Source: Octopus vulgaris
Lineage: Eukaryota
NCBI GenBank assembly: GCA_951406725.2
Contig: OX597824.1
Location: 88,412,001 to 88,476,000, forward strand
Direction of reading: 5' to 3'
Length of the DNA: 64,000 bases
The position numbers were made by a program, and so were the translations under genes. Shown piece after piece: positions 37,733 through 50,346 of the stretch (position 1 is the first letter of the stretch; each line of letters opens with the position of its first letter). Below the pieces are notes generated by a model that did no database searches, was not told the DNA's origin, and saw only the letters and a list, made by a program, of their open reading frames with translations.

Positions 37733-40700
37733 CTGAAAGGGCAAGGTCGATAAATTCACAGATTAAAGATTAATTTTCTCAAAATACATTTCATAACAAA
37801 ATATAATATAATTATAAATTAATTGCATATAATTTCATACACTAAATAATTTAAATACACAGATTAAAGATTAATTTTCTCAAAATACATTTCATAACAA
37901 AACAATATAATTATAAATTAATTGCATATAATTTCATACACTAAATAATTTTAATTCACAGATTAAAGATTAATTTTCTCAAAATACAGTATAATTATAA
38001 ATTAATTGCATATAATTTCATACACTAAATAATTTTAATTCACAGATTAAAGATTAATTTTCTCAAAATACAGTATAATTATAAATTAATTGCATATAAT
38101 TTCATACACTAAATAATTTAAATACACAGATTAAAGATTAATTTTCTCAAAATACATTTCATAAAACAATATAATTATAAATTAATTGCATATAATTTCA
38201 TACACTAAATAATTTTAATTCACAGATTAAAGATTAATTTTCTCAAAATACAGTATAATTATAAATTAATTGCATATAATTTCATACACTAAATAATTTA
38301 AATTCACAGATTAAAGATTAATTTTCTCAAAATAGAGTATAATTATAAATTAATTGCATATAATTTCATACACTAAATAATTTAAATTCACAGATTAAAG
38401 ATTAATTTTCTCAAAATACAGTATAATTATAAATTAATTGCATATAATTTCATACGCTAAATAATTCTGTATAGATTTGGCATTTAAGAAAATAGTCTTT
38501 TTGGTAATATTCTGTATATCTTATTTAATGTGAACATACTGTAGAAAGTTACACAATTTTGGTATTCATCTCAAGAAAGCCACCAGCAGTGTTGGACAAT
38601 TTTTGGGATCTTTTCGGTTTGAACGGCAGTTTTCTCTAGCGGTGTCATGAAATTGTCACCCATAATTATGACACTAGTATCGATCTATTGCATTTCAATC
38701 TGTTTTAGAGTTGGGGGGGGGGGGGATCTTTTTTTTTCTTCTCAGAAATGTAAATAAACCCAATCTGTTTCTTAAACGAGGGACATATTCATACAGCACA
38801 GAATGTTTTCACCTCAATAGACGTCATTGATTGTTTGAAATTGCAGAAATTGAAGGGAAAAAAAACCAACAAATACCTACAAACTATAGAATTTTCTCAA
38901 TAAAGCCAAGAGAAAAAGATGTTTTATAAACACATTCTACCAGTATACGAAGTTTAAAAGTGTTTAGTTACGTGGAAATTATTTAAAAAATCTGCTGGTC
39001 AAAGCGAAAAGATCTAATTTTCGTTTGCTATTGATATTCTTCTATGCTTTTTAGTACAATATCTCTATGCTTCCTTGAGATGAATAATGCAGTTGTTTGG
39101 CTTTCTACAGCATATCCACAGCATATGTTATTTTGAAATAGCATTGCTTCCATAGTTAAAGACAGTCTTTTTGATATTTAAAAACATTTCATTTGATTTC
39201 AACCGGACATGAATTCTTGAGGCAAATTTATTTCATTTGCTTAACACATTTCTATTCATTCCAACTACATTGTACTCCTGTAACATTTTGCAAGGTCAGG
39301 TATTCGACATCAATAAATTATTAAGAGATAGTGAAAATGCTATTTTCTAATTTCATCATACAATGACGACGTGTACCTACCAAGAAACCTATTTCAGCTC
39401 TGTCTCATAAATAAAAATTAATTAAAAAAACCATGTGATTGATTGTCTTATTAATAAACAAATATCTTTATCACTTTTCCAAACCACTCATTCATCCGTT
39501 TTCTCAAACTATTGTTCCTGGGAGGGTTGTCGTGGTAGAGTCCTCATCTCCTCCATAGCAACCACTATTACACTTTCCTGCTACATTCTCAAGTCTGACC
39601 ATCTGAAACTATACTCTTTTCTCTCTCTTTTACTCTTTTACTTGTTTCAGTCATTTGACTGTGGTCATGCTGGAGCACCGCCTTTAATCGAGCAACTCGA
39701 CCCCGGGACTTATTCTTTGTAAGCCCGGTACATATTCTATCGGTCTGTTTTGCCGAACTGCTAAGTGACGGGGACATAAACACACCAGCATCGGTTGTCA
39801 AGCAATGCTAGGGGGACAAACACAGGCACACATATATATACATATATACGACAGGCTTCTTTCAGTTTCCGTCTACCAAATCCACTCACAAGGCTTTGGT
39901 CGGCCCGTGGCTACAGTAGAAGACACTCGCCCAAGGTGCCACGCAGTGGGACTGAACCCAGAACCATGTGGTTGGTAAACAAGCTACTTACCACACAGCC
40001 ACTCCTGCGCTTACTGATATTATCTAATCATGTTCTTGGTCTATGCTTAGGTCTTGGCTTGAAGTACCTTGCAATCCTTTCTCAAGACATTCTGATCACA
40101 TATCTGTAGGACTGGAACTGTGGCCTCTCAGTGTGGAGAAGTAGTGGCTTGACCCTGAGAGACATCCTGGTTTCTGAGCCCCACACACCATATCGAGTAA
40201 CGTTACTCCAGACATCTTCAGACGAACCCGGTTTTGGTTCCAAGGCATCACATAAAAGCACCTGTGTGGTGTCACGCAAAAGCACCCAGCACACTCTGTA
40301 AAGTGGTAGGTGTTAGGAAGGGCATCCTGCTGTAGAAACCATGCTGAATCAGACGAGTTAGGTGCAGCTTGCCAGCTAACTCCATGTTGTCCATGCTGGC
40401 ATGGATTGGATGCTCTAGTCACACTGTCCAATCCATGCCAGCATGGACATCATCATTTAACGTCCGTTCTCCATGCTAGCATGGGTTGGACGGTTCGACC
40501 GGGGATCTGGGAAGCCAGAAGGCTGCACCAGACTCCAGTCTGATCTGGCAGTGTTTCTACAGCTGGATGCCCTTCCTAACGCCAACCACTCTGTGAGTGT
40601 AGTGGGTGCGTGCCAGGCGAGGCTGGCAACGGCCACGATCGGATTAGTGCTTTTTACGTGCCACCGGCACGGACAACAGACATTGAATGATGATGATGAT

Positions 40701-43700
40701 ACTCTATCAGTCATTACCCAGCATTCATGACTATAAGTGAAGATAGGCACAAAAGTCAAAAAGAAGATAGTAAATTTGGCTTTTTCACCAACCTGTTCTG
40801 TCTGTCTCCCCACTTCTCCCTCTGAAGTTGGTATATTACTGTGCCAGCTTCTGCATCTCTAGCATCCAATTCAGCTTTCTACCTGGCATTATTTGTGAAC
40901 TAGCAGTATTGCCCGGCGTTGCTTGGGTTTGTAAGGGAAATAACTATATAAGCATTTTTAGAGAGTTATAGCAAAAAAATGCATTAAAAATGATGGTAAA
41001 TTTTTTAAATCGTTGACTCATCGTAGACATTTTTAGAGAGTTACTTCCCTTATATAATAGCGAAAAAATGATAGTAAATTTTTTTTTTGAATCGTAGACT
41101 CATCGTAGATGCGCGCTAATACTCAGAAGGGCTCGATATGAATCACGACTAAGATACCCGGTTTTGGTTAAACTGCACCGCAAAATGTGGGAGTAGTTAG
41201 GAATCTAAATCGTAGGAGACAGACAGCACACAACTTCACTTTTATATATTAAGATATAACCCTGAGGTACTCAAACTTCCCCACGCAGCACAGTGATGTT
41301 TTCATTTTAGAAAATAAATTCTCAATGTTAAAAAAGAAAAAAAATATTGTAAGATCATTGAAATCCTGTTATATTTACCTCTTTGGAAGTGAGTTATCGC
41401 TGAAGTAATTTCATTTCCATCTAGTTTATTATTGTCATCATAATCATGCAGTTTAAAGTAGTGAAACTCCATTTCTTCGTCTGTCATTTGATCAACAGGT
41501 TTGTGAGCGTAATCTTTCAAATGCTCAGCTATATGTCTAAAACAACGAAAATAAACATGCATAAGAATAACAAGAAGTGGCCTGGAATTTATTTTTACAA
41601 AAATCAACATTCAAGATTAACATGGTATTGTGGCGGACACCCCCACGTGAGAAGTGGGCTGTTCCACTACTGATAAATAGTGAACAGACACAGCAAACAG
41701 TGTCAGTCAGTGGGGCATGCTGTTTGGGCCAGTTGTGTAGACGAAATACGTCGTCAAAATGCGGGACATCAGTGGCGACAAGAATACCTCCCACTGTACA
41801 ATGGTGTCGTTATATCTGGTGATGAGGAAGTTAAGTTAATTTTTTGGCTCAAAAAGCAATGCCATGGAGTTATGTACAGGGAGGGTGTTCATGCAAAGAG
41901 TTCAGGCCATTTCTGGTCAAGAGAGACTTTGAACTGAGCGGTCGTCGGCATCTTCACTATCTCATCCGGCAGCTTATTCCACGGATCTGCAACCCAGACG
42001 GAGAAAGCCCCTCTCCTTCGATTGAGATGAAATCGTCGCAGATAGAGCTTTTCGGAGTGACCCCGCAGCCGACGCTCTGGAGCAGGAGTGAAGAACAGCT
42101 CTTTTGAGAGGTTACACTTTCCGCTTATGATGTTGTGAGCAAGAATGAGATCACCACGGCGGCGGCGTTTTTCTAGAGAATAAAGGTCGAGCGTCTTCAG
42201 CCTTTCTTCATAAGACAAATGTTTGAGACCAAGAACCATGCGGGTAGCCAGCTTCTGGACTCTTTCGAGATGATGTATGTCTTTGAGGAGATAAGGAGAA
42301 GAGGTGTTGAAGTACACGCAGTGGAAGATAAGGCTAACACAGAACTATGAAAAATAATATAAATCCGTTTGAAGGATTTAAGTCAGTTCGCTATGCGTTA
42401 GAAGTGCTACTGGTAAACAATGTAGACTGGTACTACCTGTGGCATTCTAAGAGAAAAGTAATTTTGTGTGGAGGAAGAAAAAATAAGCCCATGTGAAGGA
42501 TTTAAGTCAGGTTGCTATGTGTTAGTAGCGTTAGCAATGTAGACTGGTGTTATCTGCGGCATTATGAAGAGAAAGATGATTCTGTGTGGAAGAAAAAACA
42601 ATGAAAAAAAAAATGTGTGAAAGAAGAAAAACAAAAATCTCAAAGGGGGTAGGTGTTGTGGCAGACATCCCCAAGTGAGAGGTGGACTGTTCCATCACTG
42701 ATAAATAGTGGCCAGACACAGCAAAAAGTGTCAGTTTGGTGAGGTATGGTGTATGGGCCAACCACGCAGACAATGAAGTTACGTCATAATGTGGGACATA
42801 TCAAATGGTATATACACTGTTAGTAGAATTACTGTACATATATAGAATATATGGATTGAATAATGAAAACACTAAAAGTAACAATATGTTCACAACAAAA
42901 GGCAGTGAGCTGGCAGAAGTGTTAGCATGCTGGGCGAAATGTTTGGCAGTATTTCGTCTGTATGTTCTTAGTTCAAATTCTACCAAGGTCGACTTTGCCT
43001 TTCATCTTGTCGGGGTCGATAAATTAAGTAGTAGTTGCATACTGGGTTTGATCTAATTGACTGTCTCCCCTCATCATCATCATCGTTTAACGTCCGTTCT
43101 CCATGCTAGCATGGGTTGGACGGTTCGACCGGGGATCTGGGAAGCCAGAAGGCTGCACCAGGCTTCAGTCTGATCTGGCAGTGTTTCTACAGCTGGATGC
43201 CCTTCCTAATGCCAACCACTCCGTGAGTGTAGTGGGTGCTTTTTATGTGCCACCTGCACAGGTGCCAGGCGAGGGTGGCAATGGCCACGATCGGATTGGT
43301 GCATTTTACGTGCCACCAGCACGGAAGACAGTCGAGGCGGCAGAGGCATCGGCCATAAAATTTCAGGCTTTGTGCCTAGAGTAGAAAAGATTATATTCAC
43401 AGCAAATTCATGGCTCTGTTCAATTCTCTGGCTAATAAAGCTGATTGGTAAGTGGTTTGTTTGTTGCACTTGCAAGATTGTGGTTTTGATTCCCAGACGG
43501 GTTGACGCGTTGTGTTCTTGAGCAAAGCACTTCATTTCACGTTGCTCCATTCCACTCATTTGTAAATGAGTAACCCATGGAAACTGGGCAACTGGCTCTA
43601 TAATTCCTAGGTCTCAAGACAATAATGTCCAGGGATGATTCACTCATTAATTTCTTTGTTGAGGCAAGTGACATCAAAATTAAAATCAAATTCGATGACT

Positions 43701-46106
43701 GGCATCCGTACTAGCAGGCTGCAAAGAGCACCATATGAGTGTGGTCATTGACAGAGCAGCTAACCGGCTTCCGTGCCGGTGGCACATAAAAGGCACCATT
43801 TGAGTGTGATCGTTACCAGCATTGCCTTACTGGCACTTGAGCCCCGTGCCAGTAGCGTATTAAGAGCACCATCCGAGCGTGATTGTTGCCAGAGCGGCTA
43901 ACCGGCTTCCATGCCAGTGGCACATAAAAGGCACCATTCGAGCGTGATCGTTACCAGCATCGCCTTACTGGCATCTGTGCCGGTGGCATGTGTAAAAAGA
44001 TTCGAGCGAGGTCGTTGCCAGTACCGCCTGACTGGCCCCTGTGACGGTGGCACATAAAAGCACCCACTACATTCTTGGAGTGGTTGGCATTAGGAAGGGC
44101 ATCCAATTGTAGAAACTCTGCCAGATCAAGACTGGAGTCTGGTGCAGCCATCTGGTTAGCCAGTCCTCAGTCAAAATCGTCCAACCCATGCTAGCATGGA
44201 AAGCGGACGTTAAACGATGATGATGATGATGATGATGAACGTGGTGAATGACACAAGCAGCTATGATAGCTTAACAGTATTTAGTTATGTCCCTTTGTTT
44301 TTCTAATTACCCCAAACAACTTTTTTTCTTTTCCTCCATTACACTCACATCTCAGTTTACAAACACCTCTCATCACAAACAAATTGGTTTATGGACAAAT
44401 TTTAAAACATAAACACTTCAAGTGGAGAATGGTGTCTCAAGTAACAAACACACGAGCCAACAACAACAGCTGGTGACAAGCTGGGAATACCAGCAGGAAA
44501 GAGTCAATTGCTATCTAGCTTTGTCTCAGTGTACATCCCAGCTGAAATACACCATGGTTGCATGCCCTTCCTAAAGCCAACCCCTTCACACAGTATGTTA
44601 GGTGCTTGTTACATGGCACCAGTAGCAGTGAGGCCAGCATGTAACTTGCAAAACAAGACCCCTCTCAACCGAGGAAGAAGTAGTATTGAGGGTGTTTAGT
44701 GCCAGGTGATGAGAAGGCGGCGAACTGGCAGAATCGTTAGCAACGCCAGGTGAAGTGCATTGCCGTATTTCGTCTGCCGTTACGTTCTGAGTTCAAATTC
44801 CGCCGAGGTCGACTTTGCCATTCACCCTTTCGGGGTCGATTAAATAAAGTACCAGTTATGCACTGGGGGGTCGATGTAATCGACTTAATCCGTTAGTCTG
44901 TCCTTGTTTGTCCCATCTGTGTGTAGCCCCTTGTGGGCAATAAAGAAATAGGTGATGAGAAGTTAGAGTAATGGATAGAGGGACGAGAACAAGTGTCCTG
45001 CAGTAGAAGAGATACATGAGATACCTCTGTAGGTGAGAGAATGGAAGGAGAGAGAGAGGAGAGATAAGATGTTCTACTCTTACCCTTATTCCATCTGTGT
45101 TGTCAATAAACTTCTTTTTTTCTACTCTAGGCACAAGGCCTGAAATTTTGAGGGAGTGGGGGCCAGTCAATTAGATCGACCCCAGTATCATCATCATCAT
45201 CATCGTTTAACGTCCACCTTCCATGCTAGCATGGGTTGGATGATTTGACTGAGGGCTGGCGAACCAGATGGCTGCACCAGGCTTCAATCTTGATCTGGAG
45301 CCTGGCGCAGCCAACTGGTTCACCAGTCCTCAGTCAAAATCGTCCAACCCATGCTAGCATGGGAGGAGGACGTTAAACGATGATGATGATGATGATACTG
45401 GGGTCGATCTAATCGACTGGCCCCCACCTCCCTCAAAATTTCGGGCCTTGTTCCTAGAGTAGAGCAACTGGTACTTAATTTATCTATCCCGAAAGGATGA
45501 AAGGCAAAGTCGACCTTGGCAGACCTGATTTTGGAAACACATAAACCAAAATATGGTGGTTTTATTTGTAACTACATTTTTTTTTCTGTTACCGAAAATG
45601 TAATGGACAACTTACGCTTGATCATGTGAGTCGTCTTTGAAATTATGGCTATGACCATGTGCATGTCCATGTCCATGTGACCCTTGTGGCGGTTGTTGTT
45701 GTTGTTGTTGGTACTGCTGGTTACCATGCTGCTGCTGCTGGTACTGTTGGTTAGAGGGAGGCTGTTGGTACTGCTGGTTACCAGAGGGTGGTTGTTGATA
45801 CTGTTGGTTACTAGGGGGCTGTTGGTACTGCTGGTTACCAGAGGGTGGTTGTTGGTACTGTTGGTTACCAGAGGGTGGTTGTTGGTACTGTTGGTTACCA
45901 GAGGGTGGTTGTTGGTACTGTTGGTTACCAGAGGGTGGTTGTTGGTACTGTGGAGGTTGCTGCTGCTGATACTGCATTTGTTGTGGAACACCAGTTGCAG
46001 GAGGTACACCGGGTGGGTACCCTTGATTAACATTGCTAAATACATGTACCCAGCATGAGCAGTAAAGTAGTACCCCAAATAAAATGCTGTCAACTTGAAT
46101 TATCAT
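37548..46106 (-). CDS. MCFD2: Multiple coagulation factor deficiency protein 2 homolog (EF-hand cargo co-receptor of LMAN1/ERGIC-53); gene span, CDS = complement(join(37548..37732,41379..41536,45616..46106)), ~277 aa
   Basis: Signal peptide; HDQAHIAEHLK..MTDEEMEFHYFKLHDYDDNNKLDGNEITSAITH..MSDTEISDIVDMVLKEDDLNNDGYVEYSEF, which is the MCFD2 signature with two EF-hands. Phases sum to 834 nt. Confidence 0.93.
37752..38466. repeat. AT-rich minisatellite, 8 copies of an 84-101-bp unit
   Basis: Unit ..CACAGATTAAAGATTAATTTTCTCAAAATAC..TATAATTATAAATTAATTGCATATAATTTCATACACTAAATAATTT. Confidence 0.95.
38606..39015. mobile_element. Merlin-like MITE family M1 (inverted)
   Basis: TIRs present; flanks AATTTTTG/AATTTTCG. 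Confidence 0.8.
39610..40010 (-). mobile_element. SINE family A
   Basis: Full-length reverse copy. Confidence 0.9.
40900..41254 (-). mobile_element. Non-autonomous Helitron
   Basis: Reverse homolog of 4764-5280 with both termini. Confidence 0.85.
41379..41536 (-). CDS. MCFD2: MCFD2 coding exon 2 (EF-hand 1)
   Basis: ttttag|A CAT ATA...AGA G|gtaaat; FHYFKLHDYDDNNKLDG. Confidence 0.95.
41830..42305 (-). mobile_element. CR1-clade LINE 3' fragment
   Basis: LERVQKLATRMV..LSYEERLKTLDLYSLEKRRRRGDLI..RLRGH..WNKLP. Confidence 0.9.
43680..44238 (+). mobile_element. RTE 3'UTR-derived repeat (family C)
   Basis: Homolog of 27687-28238 and the reverse of 34622-35010. Confidence 0.8.
45121..45463. repeat. 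Long inverted repeat (~165-bp arms, ~10-nt loop)
   Basis: TCTACTCTAGG..CAGTATCATCATC..CAGGCT / AGCCTG..GATGATGATACTG..CCTAGAGTAGA. Confidence 0.92.
45616..46106 (-). CDS. MCFD2: MCFD2 coding exon 1 (signal peptide, Q/P/Y repeats, His tract)
   Basis: ATG ATA ATT CAA...CAT GAT CAA GC|gtaagt. An acceptor (tttacag|) 8 nt upstream of the ATG implies an upstream non-coding exon. Confidence 0.9.
45690..45975 (-). repeat. Coding 27-30-bp tandem repeat (QQYQQPPS[G]N)
   Basis: Plus-strand unit GTTGGTACTGTTGGTTACCAGAGGGTGGTT repeated; 10 QYQQ motifs in the translation. Confidence 0.95.
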
Positions 46107-46343
46107 TTTGTAATCTGTAAAAAAAAAACAGAAATTTTTTTTAATGAAATGTCTTTTTGAAATATATTCTTTTCACTAATTCTAGCCATACTGGAGCACT
46201 GCTTTCAAAAGGTTTAAATCATTTGTAATCAATCTTAATACTTTGGTACTTATTTTATCAATCCCTATTTATCAAATGCCTATGTCCACCCTGGGATATG
46301 ACTCAGACATTGATTGATTGATTGATTGATACATACATACATA

Positions 46344-46922
46344 TTTGTATATATAAAAGGCAGGATGTGTGTGTGTGTTTGTATGTGAATGTAATTTATG
46401 CATGTCCACAAATTAATTTTTTGTTAAGACTTTTGTTGTTTTTTGACATCAAGGAAAAAGTGTTTTGTTGATATGCGGGCAACACACACACGAACATGTA
46501 TGCATACAAAAACATGTATGCAATAGGTGTACGTATGTGTGTGTGTGTGTGTGTGTGTGCCCATATAGATATATACCAATTTCAACAGATTTCGCCCAAA
46601 TTTGACGTCAATGTTACTTACTTTGGTTTGAAATAAAGAACTTGATTAGCTTAATAATGCTAACTTAACCCTTTCGTTACTGTATTTATTTTGAGATGCT
46701 CTGTGTTTCTTTCATTTACTTTAAATATAACAAAGAATTTAGTAAAATAACTTAGTTTATCATTCTGCTAGTGTTAGGAACATAAATTGTGACTAAGGTT
46801 TGGTGGAAGATTTTAATTCAAAACTCATGAAAACAAGACATTTATATTACAGGGCCAGAGCCAGTTTTAGCCGGGTTAGTAACGAAAGGGTTAATCCCAG
46901 GCCAAGCTGGGTTATACTGCTA

Positions 46923-46923
<1 letters not shown>
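46344..46923 (+). mobile_element. Non-autonomous Helitron containing a nested piggyBac MITE
   Basis: TATATATAAAAGG..(GT)n start; 3' CCCAGGCCAAGCTGGG hairpin followed by CTAG|T. Confidence 0.6.
46669..46890. mobile_element. piggyBac-type MITE, family 1 (inverted; nested in a Helitron)
   Basis: TTAA|CCCTTTCGTTACT...AGTAACGAAAGGG|TTAA. Confidence 0.88.
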
Positions 46924-46957
<34 letters not shown>

Positions 46958-46960
<3 letters not shown>

Positions 46961-47058
46961 CTGTAAATGTAATATGTGACAATTATTCGTTTGTCATGAT
47001 AAAACCCTGAGTTTTATCATGACTAACGAATAATTATCACACATTACATTTACAGATA
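46958..47058. repeat. ~100-bp hairpin (48-bp arms) embedded in (TA)n, MITE-like
   Basis: TATCTGTAAATGTAAT..CATGATAAAAC-cctga-GTTTTATCATG..ATTACATTTACAGATA. Confidence 0.85.
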
Positions 47059-47923
47059 TATATATATATATATATATATTATATGATATTATATTATCAT
47101 CATGATTTAATATCCACTTTTCCATTTCTGCATGTGATATGGAATTTGTTAATGCCCTTCCTGTTACTAACCATCACCTGTTTCTGAGCAAGGTAATATT
47201 TCCCCCCATGGTTAAACATCTTTTTCCTTGGAAGACTATTCTTCGTCCACTATTTCATGTTTGTATGGGTAAAATTTTTCGAGACAGTTTTTCTCTGGCC
47301 TGATGCCCTTCTAGTTGCCAGCCTACACTTGTTTTTAAACAAGGTAACAGCCTTGTGACTGAATTTGGTAGATGGAAACTTTGTAGAAGCCTGTTATGTG
47401 TGTGCGTGGGTGTGTGTGTAGGTGCATGGCCTAGTGGTTAGGTGTGTTGCACTCATGATCTTGAGATCATGGTTTCAATTCCCAGACTGGCTGAATAAGT
47501 ACTGGGTTCAATTTTTTTCTATTAAAACCTTTTGCGATAATGCACCAGCATGGCCATAATCCAGTGAAAAATTTTAAAAAATTAAGCAAATGTGCTATGA
47601 AATGTATATGCTACTGGGTTGAAAATTTATGCCTAAACTGACAAAGAAAGATCCATTTATGTCTAGAGTAAGATATATGAATGTCAGTAAAACAACAGTT
47701 TTGTTTGTCAGCCCAAGCAATTTTAAAACCAGATATAATTTTAAAAAAAAAACAAAAAAAAGGAACAATGAAGTATACATAAAACAAAACCATGACTGGA
47801 GTTATGAAATGTAATTTTCTAAACAGCTTGCTATCACATTTGAAGACCTTGAAGGTACATGTCAAAACAAGATTTTCTAGTTTAGAGTATGAAATGGAAA
47901 AGGGAACATGTAACACTTTTTTC

Positions 47924-48343
47924 GGATCTTTTCGGTTTGACCGGCAGTTTTTTAAAATAATTTCCACGTAACTAAACACTTTTAAACTTCATATACTGGT
48001 AGAATGTGTTTATAAAACATCTTTTTCTCTTGGCTTTATTGAGAAAATTCTATGGTTTATAAGATATTTGTTGTTTCTTTTTTCTTCAATTTCTGCAATT
48101 TTCAACCAATCAATGATGTCTATTGAAGTAAAAAAAAAACACTCTGTGCCGTATGAATATGTCCCTCGTTTAAGAAACAGATTGAGTTTATTTACATTTC
48201 TGAAGAAAAAAAAGATACCCTTCCCCCTACCCCTAACCCTAAAACAGATTGAAATGCAATGGATCGATACTAGGGTCATAATTATGGGTGACAATTTCAT
48301 ATGACACCGCTAGAAAAAACTGCCGTTCAAACCGAAAAGATCC
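47924..48343. mobile_element. Merlin-like MITE family M1
   Basis: TIRs present; perfect 8-bp TSD CTTTTTTC. Confidence 0.85.
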
Positions 48344-49839
48344 CTTTTTTCTAGCTTATACTTGTTTCAGTCATTGGACTGTAGCCATACTGGAGCACCT
48401 CCATGAAGGGTTTAGTCGCAAAAAATTTATCCCAGTATTTATTTTTAAGTCTGGTACATATTCTGTTGGTCTCTTGCTGAACTGCTAAACTACAGGGACG
48501 TAAACAAACTAACACCAGTTTCAAAGGACAAGCACAAAGACACACACACCAAGATCATCATTCAATGTCCCTTTTTCCAAACTGGCATGGATTAGATGGT
48601 TTAACACATAAAGTGCAATGAGCCATGATCGTGGCCGTCAGGCACAACTTGTCGTTGTTGTTCTTAAGCAACAAGATGAGTAAGGGTGATTAGGTGATGG
48701 GCTAGGGCTTAGGGGCGGGAGACCCCAGACCTTGGGGAAAAAAAAAACTTTGGTCGTCTTGTTGTAGTTGAGGGCTCTTCGTTGACGACCGACACCACTG
48801 GGAGGTGGCCCTCGAAGTCGCTGGAAATGGAGATCTCCAGGTCCAAATTCTTGAACGGCTCAGGCACAGGTTGACAGGCCACGATCATGGCCCAGATAGA
48901 TGCATTTAATTTATGGGCGTTTGTTGGGGTCAAATGTCCCTCAAATGCTCCGGTACCCACCAGAATGCCAGAGGACTAATAGTTCAACTAATGACTTTTC
49001 AGATGATGTAAAACTTGCCACGATTATATACTAAGATGATACTTTAACTATTTTTTGTTTTTTATGTGTGCATGGTAATCTCATTTTCATGAAATATGCT
49101 CGGAAGTCCATGCCATGCAAGTGCAAATTCCCAGTGCTTTATGGGTTAACAGGAACTGAAGAGCCAGGGAGCTGTGCCAAGTTCTGTCTGCTTTGGCATA
49201 GTTTCTACTGGTGGTTGCCATTCCTAACTATTTCTTTACTACCCACAAGGGGCTAAACACAGAGAGGACAAACAAGGACAGACAAACGGATTAAGTTGAT
49301 TAGATCGACCCCAGTGTGTAACTGGTACTTAATTTATCGACCCGAAAGGATAAAAGGCAAAGTCGACCTCGGCGGAATTTGAACTCAGTACGTAACGGCA
49401 GACGAAATACGGCTACGCATTTTGCCCGGTGTGCTAACGATTCTGCCAGTTCGTCGCCTTACTAACATTCCTAACACCACCCACTTTACACAGTATATAC
49501 ACATGCACATGAGCTTCTAACAGTTTCTGTCTACCAAATCCATGCACAAGACATTGGTCAGCCCAGGGCTATATTAGACAACACTTGCACAAGATGCCAC
49601 ACAGTGGGACTGAAACCTCAAACCACATGGTTGCAAAATGAGCTTTTTAACCACATACCCATACCTGCACCTTTATCAACACTTTTCATTAAGAATATAA
49701 CTAAGGTGGCGAGCTGGCAGAAATGTTAGCATGCCGGGTGAAACTCTGCCAGATCAAGATTGGAGCCTGGTGCAGCCATCTGGTTTGCCAGCCCTCAGTC
49801 AAATCGTCCAACCCATGCTAGCATGGAAAGCGGACGTTA

Positions 49840-50198
49840 AACTCTTTACTCTTTTACTTGTTTCAGTCATTTGACTGTGGCCATGCTGGAGGACCGCCTT
49901 TTTAAATCAAGCAACTCGACCCCAGGACTTATTATTTTGTAAGCCCAGTACTTATTTTATCAGTCTCTTTTGCCGAACTGATAGGGGGACAAACACAGAC
50001 ACACATACACATACATACATATATATATATATATACGACGGGATTCTTTCAGTTTCCATCTACCAAATCCACTCACAAGGCTTTGGTCGGCCCGAGGCTA
50101 TAGTAGAAGACACTTGCCCAAGGTGCCACGCAGTGGGACTGAACCCGGAACCATGTGGTTGGTAAACAAGCTACTTACCACACAGCCACTCCTGCGCC
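49840..50198 (-). mobile_element. SINE family A
   Basis: Reverse copy with an internal deletion. Confidence 0.88.
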
Positions 50199-50307
50199 TA
50201 TGACGATGACGTTTTCTTGTGATCTGCCTCGCATTTACTTAGTATTGTCCTGGCCTTACCCACGCTCCTTTATTAATATACATTCAAATATCAAGTGCAG
50301 TCCCTTA

Positions 50308-50346
<39 letters not shown>

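Noticed and set aside
37752-38466. CRISPR-like array
   Set aside because: No unique spacers; eukaryotic intronic minisatellite.
45572-46093. Overlapping ORFs (TNNHPLV)n and (LLVTRGW)n
   Set aside because: Shadow frames of the MCFD2 repeat.
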